NCBI GenBank assembly: GCA_964016885.1
Contig: OZ024741.1
Span: 388,182,001-388,246,000, forward strand
Length of the DNA: 64,000 bases
Reading direction: 5' to 3'
Source: Eledone cirrhosa
Taxonomy: Eukaryota
Shown here one piece after another: positions 12,201 to 25,446 of this stretch (positions are counted from its first letter, which is position 1; every line of letters starts with the position of its first letter). Made by a program: the position numbers and the translations under genes. The notes beneath the pieces are model-generated. The model was given only the letters and a program-made list of their open reading frames with translations, made no database searches and was not told the origin of the DNA.

Positions 12201-15200
12201 GGCTATCTAACAACCAACATTGAGAAAGCCTCTACCCAATATCCTGGCCATCTAACAACCAACATTAAGAAAGCCTCTACCCAATGTCCTGGCTGTCTAA
12301 CAACCAACATTGAGAAAGCCTCTACCCAATGTCCTGGCTGTCTAACAACCAACATTGAGAACGCCTCTACCCAATATCCTGGCCATCTAACAACCAACAT
12401 TGAGAAAGCCTCTACCCAATGTCCTGGCTATCTAACAACCCACATTGAGAAAGCCTCTACCCAATATCCTGGCTATCTAACAACCCACATTGAGAAAGCC
12501 TCTACCCAATATCCTGGCCATCTAACAACCAACATTAAGAAAGCCTCTACCCAATATCCTGGCTATCTAACAACCAACATTGAGAAAGCCTCTACCCAAT
12601 ATCCTGGCCATCTAACAACCAACATTAAGAAAGCCTCTACCCAATGTCCTGGCTATCTAACAACCAACATTGAGAAAGCCTCTACCCAATATCCTGGCCA
12701 TCTAACAACCAACATTAAGAAAGCCTCTACCCAATATACTGGCTATCTAACAACCCACATTGAGAAAGCCTCTACCCAATATCCTGGCCATCTAACAACC
12801 ACCATTAAGAAAGCCTCTACCCAATATCCTGGCCATCTAACAACCCACATTGAGAAAGCCTCTACCCAATATCCTGGCCATCTAACAACCAACATTAAGA
12901 AAGCCTCTACTCAATGTTCTGGCTATCTAACAAGCCACATTGAGAAAGCCTCTACCCAATGTCCTGGCTATCTAACAACCAACATTGAGAAAGCCTCTAC
13001 CCAATATTCTGGCTATCTAACAACCCACATTGAGAAAGTCTCTACCCAATATCCTGGCCATCTAACAACCAACATTAAGAAAGCCTCTACCCAATATCCT
13101 GGCCATCTAACAACCAACATTAAGAAAGCCTCTACCCAATGTCCTGTCTATCTAACAACCCACATTGAGAAAGCCTCTACCCAATATCCTGGCCATCTAA
13201 CAACCAACATTAAGAAAGCCTCTACCCAATATACTGGCTATCTAACAACCCACATTGAGAAAGCCTCTACCCAATATCCTGGCCATCTAACAACCAACAT
13301 TAAGAAAGCCTCTACCCAATATCCTGGCCATCTAACAACCAACATTAAGAAAGCCTCTACCCAATGTCCTGGCTATCTAACAACCCACATTGAGAAAGCC
13401 TCTACCCACCATCCTGGCCATCTAACAACCCACATTGAGAAAGCCTCTACCCAATATCCTGGCTATCTAACAACCCACATTGAGAAAGCCTCTACCCAAT
13501 ATCCTGGCCATCTAACAACCAACATTAAGAAAGCCTCTACCCAATATCCTGGCCATCTAACAACCAACATTGAGAAAGCGTCTACCCAATATCCTGGCTG
13601 AGAAAGCCTCTACCCAATATCCTGGCTGAGAAAACCTCTACCCACTATCCTGGCTATCTAACAACCAACATTGAGAAAGCCTCTACCCAATATCCTGGCT
13701 ATCTAACAACCAACATTGAGAAAGCCTCTACCCAATATCCTGGCTATCTAACAACCAACATTGAGAAAGCCTCTACCCAATATCCTGGCTATCTAACAAC
13801 CAACATTGAGAAAGCCTCTACCCAATATCCTGGCTATCTAACAACCAACATTGAGAAAGCCTCTACCCAATATCCTGGCTATCTAACAACCAACATTGAG
13901 AAAGCCTCTACCCAATATCCTGGCTATCTAACAACCAACATTGAGAAAGCCTCTACCCAATATCCTGGCCATCTAACAACCAACATTGAGAAAGCCTCTA
14001 CCCAATATCCTGTGAGAAAGCCTCTACCCAATATCCTAGCTATCTAACAACCAACATTAAGAAAGCCTCTACCCAATATCCTGGCTATCTAACAACCAAC
14101 ATTGAGAAAGCCTCTACCCAATGTCCTGGCTATCTAACAACCAACGTTAAGAAAGCCTCTACCCAATATCCTGGCTATCTAACAACCAACATTAAGAAAG
14201 CCTCTACCCAATATCCTGGCCATCTAACAACCAACATTGAGAAAGCCTCTACCCAATGTCCTGGCTATCTAACAACCAACATTAAGAAAGCCTCTACCCA
14301 ATATCCTGGCCATCTAACAACCCACATTGAGAAAGCCTCTACCCAATGTCCTGGCTATCTAATAACCAACATTAAGAAAGCCTCTACCCAATATCCTGGC
14401 CATCTAACAACCCACATTGAGAAAGCCTCTACCCAATATCCTGGCTATCTAACAACCAACATTGAGAAAGCCTCTACCCAATATCCTGGCTATCTAACAA
14501 CCCACATTGAGAAAGCCTCTACCCAATATCCTGGCTATCTAACAACCCACATTGAGAAAGCCTCTACCCAATATCCTGGCCATCTAACAACCCACATTGA
14601 GAAAATCTCTACCCAATATCCTGGCTATCTAACAACCCACATTGAGAAAGCCTCTACCCAATGTCCTGGCTATCTAACAACCCACATTAAGAAAGCCTCT
14701 ACCCAATATCCTGGCTATCTAACAACCAACGTTGAGAAAGCCTCTACCCAATATCCTGGCCATCTAACAACCCACATTGAGAAAGCCTCTACCCAATATC
14801 CTGGCCATCTAACAACCCACATTGAGAAAGCCTCTACCCAATATCCTGGCCAACTAACAACCCACATTGAGAAAGCCTCTACCCAATGTCCTGGCTATCT
14901 AACAACCCACATTGAGAAAGCCTCTACCCAATGTCCTGGCCATCTAACAACCAACATTAAGAAAGCCTCTACCCAATATCCTGGCTATCTAACAACCAAC
15001 ATTGAGAAAGCCTCTACCCAATATCCTGGCCATCTAACAACCAACATTAAGAAAGCCTCTACCCAATATCCTGGCTATCTAACAACCAACATTGAGAAAG
15101 CCTCTACCCAATATCCTGGCCATCTAACAACCAACATTAAGAAAGCCTCTACCCAATGTCCTGGCTATCTAACAACCAACATTGAGAAAGCCTCTACCCA

Positions 15201-18200
15201 ATATCCTGGCTATCTAACAACCAACATTGAGAAAGCCTCTACCCAATATCCTGGCCATCTAACAACCAACATTAAGAAAGCCTCTACCCAATATACTGGC
15301 TATCTAACAACCCACATTGAGAAAGCCTCTACCCAATATCCTGGCCATCTAACAACCACCATTAAGAAAGCCTCTACCCAATATCCTGGCCATCTAACAA
15401 CCCACATTGAGAAAGCCTCTACCCAATATCCTGGCCATCTAACAACCAACATTAAGAAAGCCTCTACTCAATGTTCTGGCTATCTAACAAGCCACATTGA
15501 GAAAGCCTCTACCCAATGTCCTGGCTATCTAACAACCAACATTGAGAAAGCCTCTACCCAATATTCTGGCTATCTAACAACCCACATTGAGAAAGTCTCT
15601 ACCCAATATCCTGGCCATCTAACAACCAACATTAAGAAAGCCTCTACCCAATATCCTGGCCATCTAACAACCAACATTAAGAAAGCCTCTACCCAATGTC
15701 CTGTCTATCTAACAACCCACATTGAGAAAGCCTCTACCCAATATCCTGGCCATCTAACAACCAACATTAAGAAAGCCTCTACCCAATATACTGGCTATCT
15801 AACAACCCACATTGAGAAAGCCTCTACCCAATATCCTGGCCATCTAACAACCAACATTAAGAAAGCCTCTACCCAATATCCTGGCCATCTAACAACCAAC
15901 ATTAAGAAAGCCTCTACCCAATGTCCTGGCTATCTAACAACCCACATTGAGAAAGCCTCTACCCACCATCCTGGCCATCTAACAACCCACATTGAGAAAG
16001 CCTCTACCCAATATCCTGGCTATCTAACAACCCACATTGAGAAAGCCTCTACCCAATATCCTGGCCATCTAACAACCAACATTAAGAAAGCCTCTACCCA
16101 ATATCCTGGCCATCTAACAACCAACATTGAGAAAGCGTCTACCCAATATCCTGGCTGAGAAAGCCTCTACCCAATATCCTGGCTGAGAAAACCTCTACCC
16201 ACTATCCTGGCTATCTAACAACCAACATTGAGAAAGCCTCTACCCAATATCCTGGCTATCTAACAACCAACATTGAGAAAGCCTCTACCCAATATCCTGG
16301 CTATCTAACAACCAACATTGAGAAAGCCTCTACCCAATATCCTGGCTATCTAACAACCAACATTGAGAAAGCCTCTACCCAATATCCTGGCTATCTAACA
16401 ACCAACATTGAGAAAGCCTCTACCCAATATCCTGGCTATCTAACAACCAACATTGAGAAAGCCTCTACCCAATATCCTGGCCATCTAACAACCAACATTG
16501 AGAAAGCCTCTACCCAATATCCTGTGAGAAAGCCTCTACCCAATATCCTAGCTATCTAACAACCAACATTAAGAAAGCCTCTACCCAATATCCTGGCTAT
16601 CTAACAACCAACATTGAGAAAGCCTCTACCCAATGTCCTGGCTATCTAACAACCAACGTTAAGAAAGCCTCTACCCAATATCCTGGCTATCTAACAACCA
16701 ACATTAAGAAAGCCTCTACCCAATATCCTGGCCATCTAACAACCAACATTGAGAAAGCCTCTACCCAATGTCCTGGCTATCTAACAACCAACATTAAGAA
16801 AGCCTCTACCCAATATCCTGGCCATCTAACAACCCACATTGAGAAAGCCTCTACCCAATGTCCTGGCTATCTAATAACCAACATTAAGAAAGCCTCTACC
16901 CAATATCCTGGCCATCTAACAACCCACATTGAGAAAGCCTCTACCCAATATCCTGGCTATCTAACAACCAACATTGAGAAAGCCTCTACCCAATATCCTG
17001 GCTATCTAACAACCCACATTGAGAAAGCCTCTACCCAATATCCTGGCTATCTAACAACCCACATTGAGAAAGCCTCTACCCAATATCCTGGCCATCTAAC
17101 AACCCACATTGAGAAAATCTCTACCCAATATCCTGGCTATCTAACAACCCACATTGAGAAAGCCTCTACCCAATGTCCTGGCTATCTAACAACCCACATT
17201 AAGAAAGCCTCTACCCAATATCCTGGCTATCTAACAACCAACGTTGAGAAAGCCTCTACCCAATATCCTGGCCATCTAACAACCCACATTGAGAAAGCCT
17301 CTACCCAATATCCTGGCCATCTAACAACCCACATTGAGAAAGCCTCTACCCAATATCCTGGCCAACTAACAACCCACATTGAGAAAGCCTCTACCCAATG
17401 TCCTGGCTATCTAACAACCCACATTGAGAAAGCCTCTACCCAATGTCCTGGCCATCTAACAACCAACATTAAGAAAGCCTCTACCCAATATCCTGGCTAT
17501 CTAACAACCAACATTGAGAAAGCCTCTACCCAATATCCTGGCCATCTAACAACCAACATTAAGAAAGCCTCTACCCAATATCCTGGCTATCTAACAACCA
17601 ACATTGAGAAAGCCTCTACCCAATATCCTGGCCATCTAACAACCAACATTAAGAAAGCCTCTACCCAATGTCCTGGCTATCTAACAACCAACATTGAGAA
17701 AGCCTCTACCCAATATCCTGGCTATCTAACAACCAACATTGAGAAAGCCTCTACCCAATATCCTGGCCATCTAACAACCAACATTAAGAAAGCCTCTACC
17801 CAATATACTGGCTATCTAACAACCCACATTGAGAAAGCCTCTACCCAATATCCTGGCCATCTAACAACCACCATTAAGAAAGCCTCTACCCAATATCCTG
17901 GCCATCTAACAACCCACATTGAGAAAGCCTCTACCCAATATCCTGGCCATCTAACAACCAACATTAAGAAAGCCTCTACTCAATGTTCTGGCTATCTAAC
18001 AAGCCACATTGAGAAAGCCTCTACCCAATGTCCTGGCTATCTAACAACCAACATTGAGAAAGCCTCTACCCAATATTCTGGCTATCTAACAACCCACATT
18101 GAGAAAGTCTCTACCCAATATCCTGGCCATCTAACAACCAACATTAAGAAAGCCTCTACCCAATATCCTGGCCATCTAACAACCAACATTAAGAAAGCCT

Positions 18201-21200
18201 CTACCCAATGTCCTGTCTATCTAACAACCCACATTGAGAAAGCCTCTACCCAATATCCTGGCCATCTAACAACCAACATTAAGAAAGCCTCTACCCAATA
18301 TACTGGCTATCTAACAACCCACATTGAGAAAGCCTCTACCCAATATCCTGGCCATCTAACAACCAACATTAAGAAAGCCTCTACCCAATATCCTGGCCAT
18401 CTAACAACCAACATTAAGAAAGCCTCTACCCAATGTCCTGGCTATCTAACAACCCACATTGAGAAAGCCTCTACCCACCATCCTGGCCATCTAACAACCC
18501 ACATTGAGAAAGCCTCTACCCAATATCCTGGCTATCTAACAACCCACATTGAGAAAGCCTCTACCCAATATCCTGGCCATCTAACAACCAACATTAAGAA
18601 AGCCTCTACCCAATATCCTGGCCATCTAACAACCAACATTGAGAAAGCGTCTACCCAATATCCTGGCTGAGAAAGCCTCTACCCAATATCCTGGCTGAGA
18701 AAACCTCTACCCACTATCCTGGCTATCTAACAACCAACATTGAGAAAGCCTCTACCCAATATCCTGGCTATCTAACAACCAACATTGAGAAAGCCTCTAC
18801 CCAATATCCTGGCTATCTAACAACCAACATTGAGAAAGCCTCTACCCAATATCCTGGCTATCTAACAACCAACATTGAGAAAGCCTCTACCCAATATCCT
18901 GGCTATCTAACAACCAACATTGAGAAAGCCTCTACCCAATATCCTGGCTATCTAACAACCAACATTGAGAAAGCCTCTACCCAATATCCTGGCTATCTAA
19001 CAACCAACATTGAGAAAGCCTCTACCCAATATCCTGGCCATCTAACAACCAACATTGAGAAAGCCTCTACCCAATATCCTGTGAGAAAGCCTCTACCCAA
19101 TATCCTAGCTATCTAACAACCAACATTAAGAAAGCCTCTACCCAATATCCTGGCTATCTAACAACCAACATTGAGAAAGCCTCTACCCAATGTCCTGGCT
19201 ATCTAACAACCAACGTTAAGAAAGCCTCTACCCAATATCCTGGCTATCTAACAACCAACATTAAGAAAGCCTCTACCCAATATCCTGGCCATCTAACAAC
19301 CAACATTGAGAAAGCCTCTACCCAATGTCCTGGCTATCTAACAACCAACATTAAGAAAGCCTCTACCCAATATCCTGGCCATCTAACAACCCACATTGAG
19401 AAAGCCTCTACCCAATGTCCTGGCTATCTAATAACCAACATTAAGAAAGCCTCTACCCAATATCCTGGCCATCTAACAACCCACATTGAGAAAGCCTCTA
19501 CCCAATATCCTGGCTATCTAACAACCAACATTGAGAAAGCCTCTACCCAATATCCTGGCTATCTAACAACCCACATTGAGAAAGCCTCTACCCAATATCC
19601 TGGCTATCTAACAACCCACATTGAGAAAGCCTCTACCCAATATCCTGGCCATCTAACAACCCACATTGAGAAAATCTCTACCCAATATCCTGGCTATCTA
19701 ACAACCCACATTGAGAAAGCCTCTACCCAATGTCCTGGCTATCTAACAACCCACATTAAGAAAGCCTCTACCCAATATCCTGGCTATCTAACAACCAACG
19801 TTGAGAAAGCCTCTACCCAATATCCTGGCCATCTAACAACCCACATTGAGAAAGCCTCTACCCAATATCCTGGCCATCTAACAACCCACATTGAGAAAGC
19901 CTCTACCCAATATCCTGGCCAACTAACAACCCACATTGAGAAAGCCTCTACCCAATGTCCTGGCTATCTAACAACCCACATTGAGAAAGCCTCTACCCAA
20001 TGTCCTGGCCATCTAACAACCAACATTAAGAAAGCCTCTACCCAATATCCTGGCTATCTAACAACCAACATTGAGAAAGCCTCTACCCAATATCCTGGCC
20101 ATCTAACAACCAACATTAAGAAAGCCTCTACCCAATATCCTGGCTATCTAACAACCAACATTGAGAAAGCCTCTACCCAATATCCTGGCCATCTAACAAC
20201 CAACATTAAGAAAGCCTCTACCCAATGTCCTGGCTATCTAACAACCAACATTGAGAAAGCCTCTACCCAATATCCTGGCTATCTAACAACCAACATTGAG
20301 AAAGCCTCTACCCAATTTCCTGGCTGTCTAACAACCAACATTGATAAAGCCTCTACCCAATATCCTGGCCATCTAACAACCAACATTGAGAAAGCCTCTA
20401 CCCAATATCCTGGCTATCTAACAACCAACATTAAGAAAGCCTCTACCCAATATCCTGGCTATCTAACAACCAACATTGAGAAAGCGTCTACCCAATGTCC
20501 TGGCTATCTAACAACCAACGTTAAGAAAGCCTCTACCCAATATCCTGGCTATCTAACAACCAACATTAAGAAAGCCTCTACCCAATGTCCTGGCCATCTA
20601 ACAACCAACATTGAGAAAGCCTCTACCCAATGTCCTGGCTGTCTAACAACCAACATTGAGAAAGCCTCTACCCAATGTCCTGGCTATCTAACAACCCACA
20701 TTGAGAAAGCCTCTACCCAATATCCTGGCCATCTAACAACCCACATTGAGAAAGCTTCTACCCTGCCCAATGTCCTGGCTAAAGCCTCTACCCAATATCC
20801 TGGCCATCTAACAACCCAAATTGAGAAAGCCTCTACCCAATATCCTGGCTATCTAACAACCAACATTGAGAAAGCCTCTACCCAATATACTGGCTATCTA
20901 ACAACCCACATTGAGAAAGCCTCTACCCAATATCCTGGCCATCTAACAACCCACATTGAGAAAGCCTCTACCCAATGTCCTGGCTATCTAACAACCCACA
21001 TTGAGAAAGCCTCTACCCAATATCCTGGCTATCTAACAACCAACGTTGAGAAAGCCTCTACCCAATATCCTGGCCAACTAACAACCCACATTGAGAAAGC
21101 CTCTACCCAATATCCTGGCCATCTAACAACCCACATTGAGAAAATCTCTACTCAATATCCTGGCTATCTAACAACCCACATTGAGAAAGCCTCTACCCAA

Positions 21201-21498
21201 TGTCCTGGCTATCTAACAACCCACATTGAGAAAGCCTCTACCCAATATCCTGGCTATCTAACAACCAACATTGAGAAAGCCTCTACCAATATCCTGGCTG
21301 TCTAACAACACACATTGAGAAAGCCTCTACCCAATATCCTGGCTATCTAACAACCAACATTGAGAAAGCCTCTACCCAATATCCTGGCTATCTAACAACC
21401 AACATTGAGAAAGCATCTACCCAATATCCTGGCTGTCTAACAACCAACATTGAGAAAGCCTCTACCCAATATTCTGGCTATCTAACAACCAACATTGA
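3207..21498 (+). repeat. 45-bp minisatellite array, left arm
   Basis: Head-to-tail copies of GAGAAAGCCTCTACCCAATATCCTGGCTATCTAACAACCAACATT with recurrent point variants, plus 28-, 26- and 44-bp length variants. Confidence 0.99.
3281..3560 (+). repeat. Sub-array of ten 28-bp deletion-variant units
   Basis: GAGAAAGCCTCTACCCAATATCCTGGCT x10, starting at 3281, 3309 ... 3533. This is the 45-mer lacking ATCTAACAACCAACATT. Confidence 0.97.
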
Positions 21499-22809
21499 AA
21501 GGTCGAGCGGAGGTGGCGAACACTTTCATAGCGTCCGTCATCTACTACTGCTTGACTGTCGTGCCTTGTCCCCGTGAACACCTCGCCAAGATGGAACGCA
21601 TGCTCTTCCAGTTTCTGTGGAAGAAGCAGGCTCCGCTGGTGAGGAGATCCGTCTGCTGTCAGCACCCTTCCAACGGAGGGCTGGGAATGCCGTGGCTGAT
21701 AATGCGTAAACATGCGCTGAGGCTGCGGCATCTCCAGGTATTCCTCACCGACCCCCAACCGGTGTGGGCACCGTTTGTGAGACAGGCTTTCCCACAGCTC
21801 GTCTCGCTAACGGAGCTGCAGTCCTGGGTGAAGAAAAGACCGAAAACGATGGGCGCCTGGCACATTGAATGCGCTCAGGCGCTCACAGTCCTCTGGCAAG
21901 CGGGCGCAGCAATCAGTGGAGACTCCATTTCGACATTCTATAGAGGGATTGTACGTTACAAGGGCGACGACGTGCTCGGAGAGACTCTGGGCGTCGAAGA
22001 CGATGAGCTCACCAGTATGTTTGGTAGGACTTTCCGCCCGGGACCTATGGACAACTTCCAGAGGTCCCTGGCCTGGCAGTGCTACCGAGGAGCTCTACCG
22101 GTTCGTGACAAGATCTACAGGCACGGACGCCCTGGCAGGGATCCTTCCAAGAGGACGTGTCCAAGATGTGCGCAGGACATTGAAACAGTTCTGCACGCAA
22201 TTGTACACTGCCCGGGCGTAAGCGACCTGTGGAACTATGCAGAACAACTGCTGTCGCGTATGGGACAAATACAGTTGACTGCCGAGTCCATAGTAAGGAT
22301 CAAACCGCCAGACTCTTTCAAAAACGAAAGAGAGGCGGTTTCCCTCTGTACGGTGGCTATGGTGAAAGAAGTTATATGGTGGACGAGGTTGAGAGGACTG
22401 AGGACAGATGCCTTTCTCTCCGGACAACAATTGATTCCATTCTTTAAGTATCACTTTAGAAGGAGAATCAGGGTGGAGAGAGAGGCACTGCACCCCAGTA
22501 AATTTACTGAAAGGTGGGTGAATGAAGTGAAAATGGCCCGAGTGATTGGGCCTTCTCTGTTTATAAGCCTGTAGGTTGAGGAAGAGAGCAAAAGGAAGAA
22601 AGGAGCACTTGCACAACACGCTCCTTGAGTTGAGGGTTGTTCTATCGACGGGGTATTAAACAACCCATTTGTGGCGCCTCCCCCCTATTGGGGATTTCGA
22701 TTGTTGAAATTGTTTGTTTTTATATTTTTACACGACTGTATGTAAAATCCCCGGCATGTCTTTGTATTGTCCCCTTTCTTGTTGCGCCCTTGTGGCTAAT
22801 AAAGAAATA
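21499..22809 (+). mobile_element. 5'-truncated L1/Tx1-type LINE, copy 1 (ORF2 C-terminus plus 3'UTR)
   Basis: Uninterrupted ORF to the stop at 22574 with L1-clade post-RT motifs: KGRAEVAN, FLW, GGLG, and the zf-RVT/CCHC knuckle WQCYRGALPVRD...CPRC-x8-H-x4-C. The 3'UTR is about 235 bp and ends AATAAAGAAA. Flanked by the 20-bp direct repeat TATCTAACAACCAACATTGA (21479-21498, 22810-22829). GC/CpG-rich relative to the host. Confidence 0.93.
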
Positions 22810-24134
22810 TATCTAACAACCAACATTGAGAAAGCCTCTACCCAATATCCTGGCTGTCTAACAACCCACATTGAGAAAGCCTCTACCCAATATCCTGGCC
22901 ATCTAACAACCAACATTGAGAAAGCCTCTACCCAATATCCTGGCCATCTAACAACCAACATTGAGAAAGCCTCTACCCAATGTCCTGGCTATCTAACAAC
23001 CAACATTGAGAAAGCCTCTACCCAATATCCTGGCTGTCTAACAACCAACATTGAGAAAGCCTCTACCCAATATTCTGGCTATCTAACAACCAACATTAAG
23101 AAAGCCTCTACCCAATGTCCTGGCTGTCTAACAACCCACATTGAGAAAGCCTCTACCCAATATCCTGGCCATCTAACAACCAACGTTGAGAAAGCCTCTA
23201 CCCAATGTCCTGGCTATCTAACAACCAACATTGAGAAAGCCTCTACCCAATATCCTGGCTGTCTAACAACCCACATTGAGAAAGCCTCTACCCAATATCC
23301 TGGCTATCTAACAACCAACATTGAGAAAGCCTCTACCCAATATCCTGGCTGTTTAACAACCAACATTGAGAAAGCCTCTACCCAATATCCTGGCTATCTA
23401 ACAACCCACATTGAGAAAGCCTCTACCCAATATCCTGGCCATCTAACAACCCACATTGAGAAAATCTCTACCCAATATCCTGGCTATCTAACAACCCACA
23501 TTGAGAAAGCCTCTACCCAATGTCCTGGCTATCTAACAACCCACATTGAGAAAGCCTCTACCCAATATCCTGGCTATCTAACAACCAATGTTGAGAAAGC
23601 CTCTACCCAATATCCTGGCCATCTAACAACCCACATTGAGAAAGCCTCTACCCAATATCCTGGCCATCTAACAACCCACATTGAGAAAGCCTCTACCCAA
23701 TGTCCTGGCTATCTAACAACCCACATTGAGAAAGCCTCTACCCAATGTCCTGGCCATCTCACAACCAACATTAAGAAAGCCTCTACCCAATATCCTGGCT
23801 ATCTAACAACCCACATTGAGAAAGCCTCTACCCAATGTCCTGGCCATCTCACAACCAACATTAAGAAAGCCTCTACCCAATATCCTGGCTATCTAACAAC
23901 CCACATTGAGAAAGCCTCTACCCAATATCCTGGCTGTCTAACAACCAACATTGAGAAAGCCTCTACCCAATGTCCTGGCCATCTAACAACCAACATTGAG
24001 AAAGCCTCTACCCAATATCCTGGCTATCTAACAACCAACATTAAGAAAGCCTCTACCCAATGTCCTGGCTGTCTAACAACCAACATTGAGAAAGCCTCTA
24101 CCCAATGTCCTGGCTATCTAACAACCAACATTGA
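22810..24134 (+). repeat. 45-bp minisatellite spacer between the two LINE copies
   Basis: 1,325 bp = 29 units + 20 bp, the excess expected from the target-site duplication. Confidence 0.98.
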
Positions 24135-25446
24135 AAGGTCGAGCGGAGGTGGCGAACACTTTCATAGCGTCCGTCATCTACTACCGCTTGACTGTCGTGC
24201 CTTGTCCCCGTGAACACCTCGCCAAGATGGAATGCATGCTCTTCCAGTTTCTGTGGAAGAAGCAGGCTCCGCTGGTGAGGAGATCCGTCTGCTGTCAGCA
24301 CCCTTCCAACGGAGGGCTGGGAATGCCGTGGCTGATAATGCGTAAACATGCGCTGAGGCTGCGGCATCTCCAGGTATTCCTCACCGACCCCCAACCGGTG
24401 TGGGCACCGTTTGTGAGACAGGCTTTCCCACAGCTCGTCTCGCTAACGGAGCTGCAGTCCTGGGTGAAGAAAAGACCGAAAACGATGGGCGCCTGGCACA
24501 TTGAATGCGCTCAGGCGCTCACAGTTCTCTGGCAAGCGGGCGCAGCAATCAGTGGAGACTCCACTTCGACATTCTATAGAGGGATTGTACGTTACAAGGG
24601 CGACGATGTGCTCGGAGAGACTCTGGGCGTCGAAGACGATGAGCTCACCAGTATGTTTGGTAGGACTTTCCGCCCGGGACCTATGGACAACTTCCAGAGG
24701 TCCCTGGCCTGGCAGTGCTACCGAGGAGCTCTACCGGTTCGTGACAAGATCTACAGGCACGGACGCCCTGGCAGGGATCCTTCCAAGAGGACGTGTCCAA
24801 GATGTGCGCAGGACATTGAAACAGTTCTGCACGCAATTGTACACTGCCCGGGCGTAAGCGACCTGTGGAACTATGCAGAACAACTGCTGTCGCGTATGGG
24901 ACAAATACAGTTGACTGCCGAGTCCATAGTAAGGATCAAACCGCCAGACTCTTTCGAAAACGAAAGAGAGGCGGTTTTCCTCTGTACGGTGGCTATGGTG
25001 AAAGAAGTTATATGGTGGACGAGGTTGAGAGGACTGAGGACAGATGCCTTTCTTTCCGGACAACAATTGATTCCATTCTTTAAGTATCACTTTAGAAGGA
25101 GAATCAGGGTGGAGAGAGAGGCACTGCACCCCAGTAAATTTACTGAAAGGTGGGTGAATGAAGCGAAAATAGCCCGAGTGATTGGGCCTTCTCTGTTTAT
25201 AAGCCTGTAGGTTGAGGAAGAGAGCAAAAGGAAGAAAGGAGCACTTGCACAACACGCTCCTTGAGTTGAGGGTTGTTCTATCGACGGGGTATTAAACAAC
25301 CCATTTGTGGCGCCTCCCCCCTATTGGGGATTTCGATTGTTGAAATTGTTTGTTTTTATATTTTTTACACGACTGTATGTAAAATCCCCGGCATGTCTTT
25401 GTATTGTCCCCTTTCTTGTTGCGCCCTTGTGGCTAATAAAGAAATC
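24135..25446 (+). mobile_element. 5'-truncated L1/Tx1-type LINE, copy 2
   Basis: Same 5' junction (aacattga|aaggtcgagcgg) and 3' end as copy 1, offset 2,636 bp. By eye it differs by 10 substitutions in the ORF, one extra T in the 3'UTR and one base in the tail. ORF stop at 25210. Confidence 0.93.

Noticed and set aside
21495-22574. Stand-alone 359-aa gene or autonomous retrotransposon
   Set aside because: Starts at a TTG formed at the satellite junction and lacks the endonuclease and RT core; it is a 5'-truncated ORF2 tail.
21462-25299. Overlapping alternative-frame and antisense ORFs within the LINE copies
   Set aside because: No recognisable motifs; expected shadow ORFs in GC-rich coding sequence.
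21499-25446. LTR pair (two direct repeats flanking an internal region)
   Set aside because: The repeats encode a LINE ORF2 C-terminus, lack TG...CA ends and PBS/PPT, and the interval between them is only satellite.
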